A stretch of 64,000 nucleotides of DNA from the NCBI GenBank assembly GCA_025786725.1, contig JAHLTZ010000037.1, positions 124,979-188,978 of the forward strand, written 5' to 3'. A model generated the notes under the pieces. The model was not told the DNA's origin, made no database searches, and saw only the letters and a list, made by a program, of their open reading frames with translations. The position numbers and the translations under genes were made by a program. The stretch is from Syncephalis fuscata S228. Taxonomy: Eukaryota; Fungi; Zoopagomycota. Shown here piece by piece: positions 13,350 to 25,911 of this stretch. Numbering within the stretch: the first letter of the stretch is position 1; each line of letters begins with the position of its first letter.

Positions 13350-15724
13350 ATGTACACATCCTCTACAATATACTCTGCCGTTCACGGTGTCGACGGTGTC
13401 ACGCCGCGTGACGCTTCCCCCATTATCACCGCCACCACTACCAATACTACCTCTATTAGTAATGCCCGCCCACTAAACAATTCATCTTCGTATCATCAGC
13501 ATTCACACTGCCAAGATAATGCATCTGCATCAATGCAGCAAACTAGTCATTTTCAAAGTATGGGCCAATCCACCGGTTATACTGCAGTGAATTTTACAAA
13601 TTCTACCGCGCATCATCCTATGGAAACAGACACAGATGTTACCCATGAGTCTTCTTTTCCTTCACCGACCAATCCAACTGGAGATGATGGAAACAACACG
13701 CCAAGTTCCATGAATCGTGCCCGATCACCACGACGTGGTACAAAAACCCACGTGGCTAGTGCCTGCTATAACTGTAAACGAGCCCATTTGGCTTGTGATG
13801 GTAAGTAAACTGTATGAATATACTTAAATATACATACATATAATGCATATATGCATATATAGTATTTGTGGATGTAATAGACAAACAAGTCTTAATATTT
13901 ACATTATACAAACATTAAATAGTATTTAATGACAAATTAGCTAACTATTAAATATGCTATTTTTTATTTTTTCTATTTACAGTTAGTCGGCCATGTCAGC
14001 GTTGTCGAGCATCTGGTAAAACTGACGGCTGCTACGACGTTCAGCATAAGAAGCGCGGCCGTCCTAAGCTTAAGGATCGTAAAACAACTACAACTACTCG
14101 TAGATCCTCAGAAGATGTTGGCCGCTCTACCATGACGGTCACTTCACCTAGTATGGCGGCCGTTGCTGGAACAGTAGCGCTTCATAGCATTCCGTCGTTA
14201 TCGGCCACGGCGAATACAAATAATCTACATGTCAAAGTATCACTGCCCCTTAATTATCCGGCTACAGTAGCACCGCAACCAATTGCCGCTATGCCTTCTG
14301 CAACATTTGCTAATGCATCTTATGTGTCTAATACAGTGATGGCCACAACGACCACGGCATCTAATCGTTATTGTTCCAATAACGGCTGTTGTTCTCCGGC
14401 CCCTTCCAATTCGCCCGTATCGGTGAATAAAGATTATGAATTGTCGCCGACCAGCTTTAATAACGCTACTGCATATCATCATAATGGATCTGGCATGTCT
14501 GTTGATCAAAGTCGTCCATTGTTTTATGCGATGTCATCAGCGGCACCGTCTCCACCAAGATATCACGATCTATACGATCAAGAACCATCGAGACAGCGTC
14601 GTCATGGCTCATTGGAAGAAATAACCAAAATTCATTCAATGACGCAGCAATATCCGCATCAACAGCAGCAACAGCGATATCATGGACAGTATCCACAGCT
14701 ACGATCCATGCCAACATCTCGTGACCATTCTTATGATCGTCAGCCGTATCCGGTATCACCGCCGTATATTAGTGGTTATGGTACACCTGATGCACTTGCA
14801 CCTACCCAAGTTGTATCCAATAAGTTATCGTCATCATCATCAGCATCACCGCCACCACTTTTACCAAATATTAGTGGCAATGTCGATCCATCCCCGCATC
14901 TTTATCCTGTCACTAGTGGTGTATCGCCCATATCACCACCGCTATCGGCCAATGACTATTCTGCATTGGCACTACGTATGACATTACGTGATTTCCGTAT
15001 TGCTACTGCATCCGATGCGGCAATTGATTTGTGGATGTTCTCACCAATGCAATTGATTGGTATGCCATTAGGCGATTTGGTCCATGCATCGGACCATAAT
15101 CGTTTAAAGCATATGCAATCGTCATTAATGCGCACGTTGGCCCAAGTAGCCGGCTTACCAAGCGTTGATTCAAAGTCACCTATGACCGAATCGGCATTAA
15201 GTCGCCTCCCAGCTGATGTTAGTCATCCAACATTCCATCAATTGGCCCAATGTCCCACGCGTAATACGCCGATGGCATTGCATCCAGATACGGTTGGGCC
15301 ATGTCCACCGGTAGCAGGCTGGCCATTGGATGCGGTAATTCAGGATTCATTGCATGTACGCGTATGTGGTGGTGCCTATCGATTCTTTAATGTGCGTATG
15401 TACATTGGTGGCCCAGGTGTGGATATCACACAACCAGATCAATGGAGTCGCGCCTTTGTTGTTTGTGATGTTCGTCCTTTTTCATTGGATGCATCGACGA
15501 CATCTGGCATGGCCACTGGTGTCGCTGCAACAGCTACAGCCAATACCACGGCCATGGATACGTGTCCATTACCATTACAGCCACAACGCAGTGCTAACAA
15601 TCTAATGACTGCACGCCCACCAGTCGTTTGTCAAGACTTTTTCTCTAGTCGTTTACCAGAACGGCATTTGCCTGCGCCAGCATCATGGAATTTTAGCGGT
15701 GTGGTACCGCCCATGACACGTTGA
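13350..15724 (+). CDS. Zn(II)2Cys6 transcription factor with C-terminal PAS-like region (ERT1/AcuK/AcuM-like architecture); exon 1 13350-13800, intron 13801-13982, exon 2 13983-15724
   Basis: Spliced CYNCKRAHLACDVSRPCQRCRASGKTDGCYDVQHKKRGRPK; segment FRIATASDAAIDLWMFSPMQLIGMPLGDLVHASDHNRL resembles a PAS fold start. Confidence 0.88.
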
Positions 15725-16228
15725 TGAATTTCCCTAAATGCCACTGTAAAGGCTATATTCGTTTGTATACTTTAAGATCTTGTATTTACATTTTTGTTAC
15801 GTTGTTGTGATATACAACTACAACTATCAACACCTTTATCTTGTCTATCGACGTAACAGCTGTTTATATCGGACCTTTACCTTCACTCGTTTCCGCCTCG
15901 CCCTATACATATAACAACAACAACAACAAGAAAAACCACTTCCTTCCTTATACCACTTTTCTCCTTCATATAATCTGTAATCAATTTTAACTTTTTATAT
16001 ATTTGCATATATTTGTTTTTATACTAAGACCATCCACGCACTCTCTTTCTCACCTTGTTGACCTATCTGTCATCAGTGTCGCCCTGGTTGGTCGGCATGT
16101 TTTCTTTACATTTTTTATTATTACTACTATTACACAATTACTCTATTCTAACATCAGTTGACTTTTACCGCTACGATCATCACGACCATACCACAAACAT
16201 CATCATATCACATTACATTATCACATTA

Positions 16229-16258
16229 CATCATCATCATCATCATCATCATCATCAC
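16229..16258. repeat. (CAT)n microsatellite
   Basis: catcatcat... run. Confidence 0.85.
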
Positions 16259-16471
16259 TATTACTAGAACAACACACAATTCATACGACAACTATACAAT
16301 TCTCTATATTAGTATTATCATCAGTATTAGTATCATCATCAAAAGCTCAGTTTATTCGATTAATGTTACCTTTTCAACTAATGCCAATCCAATTGCTGTT
16401 GATGATGTCCTTTCCTTTAATTGCATTTTATTCCTTCGATTTGCTTCGTGTGGCATCTCCCAAGCAATGCC

Positions 16472-16516
16472 GTTCTCGTTCTCGTTCTCGTTCTCGTTCT
16501 CGTTTCTGTTCTCGTT
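16472..16516. repeat. (GTTCTC)n hexamer repeat
   Basis: gttctcgttctcgttctc... run. Confidence 0.8.
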
Positions 16517-17449
16517 GTCGTTATTCGCCGTTACCGCCTTTGTTACCGCCTTTGTTACCGCCACCGCCTCCCTCCGCTTATTGCTCGACCCAGATTCACA
16601 TCCGCTCCAGTGTATGTGTGGATAACAATAATGACGATGCATCTTCTATTTGCTTGCATAATGATTTATTCCAGGTCAATTTGCTACAGCAGCGACTGGG
16701 CATACTGATATGTAGAGTTATCATTGTTTTTTATAGCTTTTCTCTATACCTTTTATTTGCGTTCACCTTGGTGTATCCTGGCCCTTTACGGCTTGGCCAA
16801 GCATCTATATACTGCATTCATATATCTACCATTCAATTACGCGTTAATCGACTAGCTCATTTATTGACTTCTTTAGGCTATTAACGTTTATTGTCGTGTA
16901 GGCATAATCAATTTAAAACATATTGCCATCATTAGTAGTAGTGTTGTTTTGTCGATTATTTATATCAATATAAATTGATAATTAAAAGCAATTTATAGTA
17001 TACAAAAATGGTTTATTAATTGTTATTAATGCTATTAGTATTGATGTAATTATTGTTAGCAATTAATGCTAATATCCGATATATGTATTATCATTGTTTG
17101 ACCACATGTAATGTTAACAAATTGTTTAATTACACAGTGTATATCTTAGGCATACCATCATACTAAAACAATGTTGGTTGCACAATAAAATAATTGATAT
17201 GATATAATATTTAATTATATGTTAGTGTTATAGGATGTTGATTCAGAAATAAACACTAACAAAGAAGTATAATAACAGTAAACGACAGCCTATAGTGAAG
17301 TAATAATTTATTGCTAATTATTTACTATTAACAGACATGTTTTTAAATGATCATTAGCTGTTGAAAGTAAATACATGTTGGCAAATAGTACAAATGATTG
17401 CGTATATTGAAGTCTACAATGGTGTGTGGCAATTAAATTTATTATTCGT

Positions 17450-18400
17450 GTAGAATTTATGGGGATGAGTTAGGCGGCAAAACTGATCCATTTTCTGAAA
17501 AAGTATCAAGATTACCAATGTGCCATCCCCAGCTAACGGCGTATACTATGTCAAGGCAACGCAAAATAAGCAGCCTATTACACTTGCATGTGAACCAAAT
17601 TTAAATTCAAACAACAACGCTCTTAAGTATATCAGGCAAGTTTATATAACAATGGATATGCAATAACTAACAAGTATTGCTACAATAGAATTTAATGAAA
17701 GCTTACAAACCGTTTAATAAAAAATCCTCCGGCTGCTGTACCTACAGGAAAAATCATGATTCCAGAAAACACATGCTATGTTCTACGAGGTTAATGTAAA
17801 AACAGATATAGAGATTTTCACTGTATTCAACAGGTATGTCGAATTTAACGGTATTAATTTGCATAAGAAATATTATTCTAACTTCAACTAATCCTAATGA
17901 TCTAAAGAAAGTACAAAGTTTGTGGTGGGTATTGGAGATGGTACAAGTCTTTATTGTTTATATACTATATATTAATTATTATTAGGTCTAGAAGCTTTAA
18001 AAAATGAATGGTATGCCGATAGAGATTGTAAAGGTAAGTACGATAATCATCACTGATGTTTATATTAACAATATCGCTAGATATTTGCATTACCAAAAAA
18101 ATATGGATTACAATTATATTTCATCAATTTCAATAAGATTACTCCAGTAGGACAAGGCATTTCTTATAATATTTATGATATTTATGATAAAATGGATGAG
18201 TTTGCTCTAAGCGCTAGTCTTGTCTTGCTAGTGAAAACGTAAAAGCTGCAATAGCGGAAAGGCTATATAATCTTCTTTTAAAGGGTGGCAATACTAGAGA
18301 GACCTTACTAAAGAACTTGACGAACATATTTATATAAATACAACTTGGGATCAATAGGCGACTTTACAAATTTAATCAATAAAATAGCATTAGGTCCAAG
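17450..18400 (+). pseudogene. Possible degenerate intron-containing gene remnant, kinase-like
   Basis: GT..AG-bounded pieces translate to GLEALKNEWYADRDCKD-ICITKKYGLQLYFINFNKI, loosely like kinase subdomains VIa-VII; no intact ORF. Confidence 0.2.
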
Positions 18401-18806
18401 GGGTGAATAGTGGACCTTGCAAATAATCAGTGATTATTTAAATAACGTCATGGCATGTTATAATTTGCTTATTAAAACTGTGCAATGTTTCTAATATTGG
18501 TATTTGTTTATTAAATAATGATACTTATTGCTTCATCAGTTGCTTATTTAGATTTAAGTGCAAAGGTCAAGAAAATAAGAGTTCAGCTCATTTCTCCGAT
18601 AATTTCCGGATCATTCCGAGTTCTTTATGTTTCTCTATTTTTCGGTTACGTGTGCTTCTTTTTTTTACAGTTGTCAAATGTGTTTATTTTTCTCGTTTAA
18701 ATACACATTTGTTTCTCTTTTCAGCCTTTCGACTGTTTGTTTGTACTAGAACGCTTGGTTGTTGTTTTTTATTAACGTCTATTGCCTCCGATCTAGTTCT
18801 ACGACA

Positions 18807-21261
18807 ATGAAGACTGGCGAGAAAGCTGCAGTAGCACTGGGTGTGTTGGCCCTGCTTGGTGTAGGATATGCCGTCTATTTCGATCATAAACGTCGTAATG
18901 ATCCAAAGTTCCGTCGCAAATTAAGTATGTATACTATTTAGCGCAAAGTAGAGCATATCGACAGCATATTGATGCCGTTATATTATTGGTTACAATGATT
19001 GATAGAGCGTCAACGTAAGCGTGCCGAGAAAGACCGTAAGATAAAGAGTGACGTCGGTGAAACGGCCACTGCCAATATCATTGCTTCGGCGTTGGCCCGT
19101 TGTGACGATGAGATGGCGCCAACAAGTGTTGAAGGCAAAGAGAAGTATTTCATGGATCAAGTAGCACTTGGTGAATCTTTATTGCCTAAAGGTAAGTGAA
19201 TACGGCATAATCAATTATATATATATATATATATATGTTTTATTAACATGTAATGATGACCACAATAATAATAGGCCCATCGGCATATGAAGATGCCGCT
19301 GTACATTTCTACCGTGCTTTCCGTGTGTATCCATCACCTATGGAATTGTTAATGATTCTACAAAAACATTGCCTACTGAACTATTCCAGATTATTATGGG
19401 CATGATGCAATTAGAGGTAATTTAAAAGCAATAATATTGTTTAATTATACTAATATTTTGTATTTAGATGATGAAGAAGCAAGAGAAATACTATGAACTA
19501 TTCCCTCCATCAGAAATGAATGTACGTCTAGCAAAACTTAGTGAAATTCCACAGCCAGATGGTACCAAGATTGTAAAACGAGCTCTTTTATCATCAAAAG
19601 GTTTTAAAGAAGGCGAAACCATTTTCACGGAACAGCCAACTGTTTCAGCCTTACATCCTAGTCTTGAGGTAAAATAATTAATCAATAAATAATAATGTAT
19701 ATTAATTTGTTAATATTTATAGGGTGGTCCTTTCTGTACACATTGCTTGCGATTTATTTCACACGGTGAACCATCTCGCTTCTGTACAAGCTGTGGTGAC
19801 AAGGTGCGCTTCTGTAGCGAGACTTGTTATGAAAAGGCACAGTCAAGCTATCATACACTTCTGTGCACTGGAACCCACGCAAATCCTGATGAAAAGACGA
19901 CTGCCTTGCTCAATATGGCCAAAGAAGGTGAACAAGTGCTACCGCTAATGGCTGCCCGTTTCCTACTACAAACTGTCCAAGAAGAACAGCGCCGTGTGGC
20001 TGCTGGTGAATCCGATGAAGAATACGGCGTTTGGGAGCATTTAGAGCGTCTAAAATATCTTGAACTACGCCCGACCGACCAAGATATGAAAGAACGTCAA
20101 TTGGTACTCAGTGTACTTGAAAATAAAGTACCTGGTGTAGCCGACTTCTTTACCGATGAACGCTACATGACCTTAAAGGGCCGTATGCTCTATAATACCT
20201 ATGCTATTGGTACAAATAGCGATGTAGACGGTATTAAAATACCTACTTTTAAGGAGAAGGCCCGTATTGATGACCAACTCACCCGTGTTGGCAGTGGACT
20301 CTACCTCTTCTCGTCACATCTCACCCACTCATGTGAGCCAAACTGTGCTATTCGATTCGTCAATGGCAAGAATGGCAACGAGCTATCCTTGGTCGCATTG
20401 CAGCCAATCACTGAAGGTGAACAGCTTAATATTACCTATGTACCAGCCGGTGAAGACAACCATTACAGTGAACGCCAAAAGACATTGGCCGAACAATGGC
20501 GATTCCAATGTTCATGTGCTCGTTGTGAACGTGAAGAAAAGAGCGAGCCACCGCGTGATGCTGAGCCATTACTTGAAGAAAAAACACCAGAAGAAATTGA
20601 GAAAGAAGGCGCATCGACCATCGATTTAAATACAGTGTCATCTACTGAAAAGGAAACGACTCAGCATCAATCGGATAATGATGAAGACGAGGAGATTGTT
20701 GCTGAGCCACGTATTCGAAGCAACAGTGCTGATCTTAATCCAAATGCACCTGAATTTAAGCCTACATGGGCAACACAAGAATTGGATGCATCAGTTGACA
20801 CGACTCAAACTGGTTCATCTTATGCATCAGTGGCCAGTCCAAAGGTCTATCAAACACATACAAAGACTACGACGACAAAAACAGCACCAGCTGATGACGA
20901 GGGTACAAAAACAACAACTGTACACGAGTATATGACAGAGACAATTGAAGAATTGACCGAAGAGGAAGCAGCAGCAGCCATTGCTGCCGGTGAAGCAGTT
21001 GAAATCCTTGAAGAAGGAGAGGTAATGACACCAGTATCTGGTAAATCAAATCAAACTTACACAGTGCACAGTCAAGATGATGATGGCAAAACAACGATTA
21101 CTACAACAACCACTACGGTTACTGTAGGATCTGATGAAGATGAAGATGAAGATCATGTTAAAGTATCACATACATCAGCACATTCTGACAGCGTTGAAGC
21201 AAGTATGATTGAAGTAACTGAAGAGGTGGTCGCAGAGGCACGATCAGCTGAGCAACCATAG
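18807..21261 (+). CDS. TOM20: Tom20 (MAS20) mitochondrial import receptor fused to SET/MYND (SMYD-like) domain and acidic tail with PAM2 motif; exons ~18807-18924, 19006-19191, 19275-19416, 19468-19668, 19723-21261
   Basis: TM anchor + GYAVYFDHKRRNDPKFRRKL, KEKYFMDQVALGE, AAVHFYRAFRVYPSPMELL (MAS20); MYND CTHC..CTSC..FCSETC..H..LC; SET SHLTHSCEPN, GEQLNITY; post-SET FQCSCARC; one apparent 1-nt deletion near 19365. Confidence 0.85.
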
Positions 21262-21518
21262 CCGAATAATCTACCTATCGATATATTATGAATTCCAATT
21301 TATTTCCTTTCTTTCTTGGTTATTTTTAATTGATTTATAATAAAATAGAAAGAAAGTAGAAGGAAAGAACGATATTGGTGTTTATGTAATAATATTTTTA
21401 TATGATAGTATAAAAGTATATAGAATTATAGAATTATAAAGTTATAGAGTTATAAATAACGACGACACGTGTTGATAGGATTATAGAGATATCATATCAC
21501 ACTTCTCTTCCTATTAAA

Positions 21519-23187
21519 ATGAGTATTTTTACTATAGTATCTAGTTTAGCCTTTGAGAATATCAATATTATTGCAGTGGCACTTTTTTTAATAGTTATTA
21601 CTATCACTATGGGATTTGGTCGTTCTTCTGATTTCAATCCAGCTGGCAAGGCAAGTAGTATAATAATTGGCAATACTGAGTCTTTTCTACATAAAGCGAT
21701 AGTATAATAGTGTTGGCTGGGCATTAACGTTTAACGGGTGTTTAGCACTGTTATATTACAGGTGGCAGTACTGGACTTGGTCTAGCACTTGCCAAACAAT
21801 TGGCAAGTCTTGGTGCTCATGTCACGATTGTAGCCTGTAAAGAAGCGACGCTTAAGGAAGCAGCCCAGGCTATTAAGGTATAATCAAATATGTTATTAGT
21901 ATTAGTGTTATTGCTGATGACCAGCATGCTTATCGCTCTACAATAACGATAACATGTGATTTAACGTATGGCATGCATCTCTATTGACATGTACTTGTAT
22001 AGGCCGCATGTCAGTCACCGAATGAACAGCGTGTGCAATGGATATCAGCCGATGTGGGTATTGCTGAACAGGCCACTGCAGCACTTCATCGGGCAAAGAC
22101 TGGGTTTAATGGCATGACACCTGAATACATCTTTACTTGTGCTGGTAAATAGGCTAATGTTATTAATATGAACAAGTATTAAATATATGTGTATATATGT
22201 GTATGTGTATGTGTATGTGTATGGCTGTTTGTTATAGGTCTTGCTTATCCACGATACTTTGTCACCCAACCATTAAGCGAATTCGAATTTCTTATGCAAG
22301 TCAATTATATGGGAACACTTTACACTGTACATGTTAGTAACAGATGAAATACACGTTATAATGAGGCTACTATCGATGGAACTAACGTTGGTTTACAATA
22401 GGAAGCAACTCGATTAATGGTTGCAGAAGGTATTCGCGGTAAACTTGTTATGGTCAGTTCAACGCTAGGCTTTCTTGGATTTGCAGGCTATACCCAGTAT
22501 TCTCCGACCAAATATGCCGTACGAGGTAAATAAGCAGTATAGATCTAATAGATAATAGATAATTGCTAATTGCTAATACCTTTTATATTTTATTACTAAT
22601 TAGCTTTGGCCGAGTCACTACGTCATGAATTACTATTCTACGGTATCGGTGTTCATTGCCATTTCCCTGGTAATATTGATAGCCCAGGCTATGAAGTTGA
22701 GAATAAGACAAAGCCACAATTTACACGTGAATTGGACGGTGATAGTGAAGTGAAATCACCAGAAGTCGTGGCCGCTAATTTAATACGCGGTGTACAAAAT
22801 GGATATACATTTATTACAAATGAGTTTGAGTCACAAATGTTTCGTGCCTTGGGATCAGGTAATTATTATACTATTGCAATGGAATACATGTTGATTAATG
22901 GATTAGGCAATGTGCCGGGTAATAATAAACTAATCGATGGTGCACTTGCTATGATTGGATGGGTAAGTGATATGAATAGAGATAGAAATATAAAGTATAA
23001 CTTAATAACAATAATTATATATATATATATTATAGGTTGCATCATTCTTTTGGAGATCAAGTATTGATAAACGTGCCCGTACTTATGGCAAGACATTGGC
23101 AGTGAACATGCGAATTTTGTTCGTGAACAACTGGCTAATAATTCAAATCAAGGCGATTCACTTGTCGCTGGTATAGCTGATAATTAA
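21519..23187 (+). CDS. TSC10: 3-ketodihydrosphingosine reductase (SDR family), multi-exon; exact stop uncertain (23176 or 23187)
   Basis: HCYITGGSTGLGLALA Rossmann motif, YTQYSPTKYAVR YxxxK, ESLRHEL..FPGNIDSPGYEVENKTKP typical of KDSR/Tsc10. Confidence 0.88.
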
Positions 23188-23502
23188 AGAGGCCACACTT
23201 GTGATCGTATGATAAAGATAATAGTTGTACTAATTTTCTTTAAATATTATTATACTGTTAATTGTATAATATAGTGGAATAGATTGCAATTAACAGTATA
23301 ATATTTATATGAAATAAAGTAAAGTTTTATTAAATCAAGTGTATATTAGCTACATTAATTAACTCTTTAACATATCAATCCATTTTGTTTAATATTAATA
23401 ATTGAGTCTTTATCCACTTTAACTACTTTGTCTACGTTTATTCGTTTTTTATTCTTTAACACTACTACCACTACACTATCACAGTGATATATATAAGCTA
23501 TA

Positions 23503-24050
23503 ATGGCTGAGCGTAGTTTAAAAATCAATACCGGCGCGTTAAAGCGGTAAGTAGAATCGTGATGACGCGGCGTTAGAGACTACCAACAGTCTTTAAACAA
23601 ACAACATAAAACTATAGACTAACTAAATGATGACTAGCATTACTAAAGAGCACAAGTACTATATTGCCGAAGCCGAGAAGCAATCAGCTAAGATTGAACA
23701 AATGTTAGTTGACAATGCCGATCCTTATGACGTAAAGAAACAGGTAAATATAACAAATACAATATAACATGACTAATCTATCTATCTATATCTATATTAT
23801 CTATAGCGTGAAGTACTTGATGATACATTGCAAATGATTCCAGATGCACTACGACGTATTGAAGAAATGCGTGCCAAAGTTACTCAGTTAATAGTAAGTA
23901 ATAAAAGCCAGAATAACGCTATTACAACTATAGTCGTAAAATTAACGTAAAAACTTGCTTTTCTCTTTATAACAATAGAGTGATCCGGATATCGTTGATG
24001 AAGCAGTTAAAATTGCTGCTCAAGAAGCAATAGCAGAATCGAATGAATAG
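23503..24050 (+). CDS. RBL2: Tubulin-binding cofactor A (Rbl2/TBCA), 4 exons
   Basis: Spliced MAERSLKINTGALKRITKEHKYYIAEAEKQSAKIEQMLVDNADPYDVKKQREVLDDTLQMIPDALRR... matches TBCA consensus; missed by ORF track. Confidence 0.88.
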
Positions 24051-24252
24051 TACATATATATATACATATATACAAGTAGTACAATACGTACTTTACTGCG
24101 TATATTAATAAAAATACTTGATTCATTCATTCATCTCGTTGTTATTCTATCTACACATGTAAAATATTGCCGCGACAATCGTATTTATTAGATCTTTTGC
24201 CGGTAGGCCGACTCCCTTAACAGCACAGCAATGTAACGAAAAGTATTATTAA

Positions 24253-25182
24253 TTAACCAAGTTTACCGGCTGCTTCCATCTCGGCAATCAGTTCATTTAA
24301 AGGTGTCAGTTCTTTTTTCTCTAGTAGATCAAATTCACGGGAGAATGCCATATAGTGCGCAAATAACGAGTTGAAATGGCCTTCCAAGCAAAGATGTATT
24401 AATTTGTCGTAGTGTGTCCAGTAGATATGCGCAAATACACGGAACAGCTGTTTAACACTTGATGGGCCGTCGAGGGGAAGTCTCGGGGGAAATCATGGCC
24501 TAAATAATAAAGTTAGTATATTTTATTATTTATAAACTTAATAAAGCAATGGTGTTTATTTCTATCTCACCATATGTACTTACCGGCACGTGTAGGGAAT
24601 ATAGTCTCGTCATCAAGTAGATTCTGAATCCAAGTGGTTACATAATCGATGTAGTGTGGTGCTGGCAATTTGACATTACGGCGTTGTGAATCTGTCCATG
24701 TATATTCGACCCTATTAAATGATACATAATAGTTATAATAATTATAATAATCATGCTATTAATCAATTAAATCGGAAAATAAAGACTTTTAAACTTACCC
24801 AGTGCCTGCGCCCATGACTGAGCATTCATGCGGTGTACAAAACTCAGATACAGCCGCGTAGAATAAATTAAGATTATGGAAGAAATCAAACGCTGTTATA
24901 TAGTAGTATTTAGTAAATATAACCTTTACTTAATCGCTATTACTTACTATTAGTGGCAAGCCACTCATTCTCGTCTGTGTATTTTGGTAAACCAACGAAT
25001 TTACGGAAACTGCCATTGGCCACGGACGCGTGCACGAATGGCCGTTGTAAAAAGAGTGGCTGCGACGATGGCAGGTCGGGCCGTTTGGACTTTGTCTTGG
25101 AGGTCAGCTTACTAGAGATGGACGTGAGTACATTGTTATTTTGACTTGTCTACTATCGTTGCATTTACCTGATGAAACTCAT
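24253..25182 (-). CDS. MOB2: MOB kinase activator, Mob2-like, multi-exon
   Basis: PLFLQRPFVHASVANGSFRKFVGLPKYTDENEWLATN, EYTWTD, LPAPHYIDY, QLFRVFAHIYW, HFNSLFAHY; apparent 1-nt deletion near 24453. Confidence 0.85.
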
Positions 25183-25911
25183 GATGAACGCGTGTAATTC
25201 AAATAGGCCTCAATCTAATAAAATACATAATAAGCAGTATCGTTAGTACACGTATAATAAACTACCGCTACTTTATCGTGGACTGTTGCTGTGGCTGTTT
25301 GGTCATAACACGTTACCTGTAATAATAATAAACACAAAAGATAGCTGTAGATTCACAGATAGTCACAATAACCGTAGTAAGTTCAAAAGCAAATAACAGC
25401 TGGACAACAAAGCGTATAAGATGGTGATGGTGTTAGTTGGAAGTGCCGAAAGAAAGATGAAGATAGTGTTCAAGTGTAGTGTAGTGTGAAAGGAAAGTAG
25501 TATACGTTCGAGGGGTGTAGTATGCACACACACACACACACGTATTTAATTATCTCCGCCCAATGACTTGACCAGCTACTTACCACGTGCTGTAATAGAG
25601 AACAGTCTGTGCTGGTTTATTATATCAATATGCCATGCGTAAAGAGGGCAGCCATCATCGTAACATCCCAATTTCTATTTTGATATAAAGGACATACATT
25701 CATAGATACAAGTAGAGACACGCGTATCAACACGCATCTACTTGGACACGTGTTGACAAGCACACACACTTACACACACATACCACACACTATACATTCT
25801 ATTACACATCATATAGATACTAGATACACAGATACTACTTGTAAACATGTTATTGATATGGAATTCATTTTTATTAAACCATGCGATAAAAAGTCACGCA
25901 TAGATACACAT

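Noticed and set aside
16055-16884. Overlapping ORFs with His, RS, NE or FS runs
   Set aside because: Translations of (CAT)n and (GTTCTC)n repeats downstream of the TF, probably 3' UTR or intergenic
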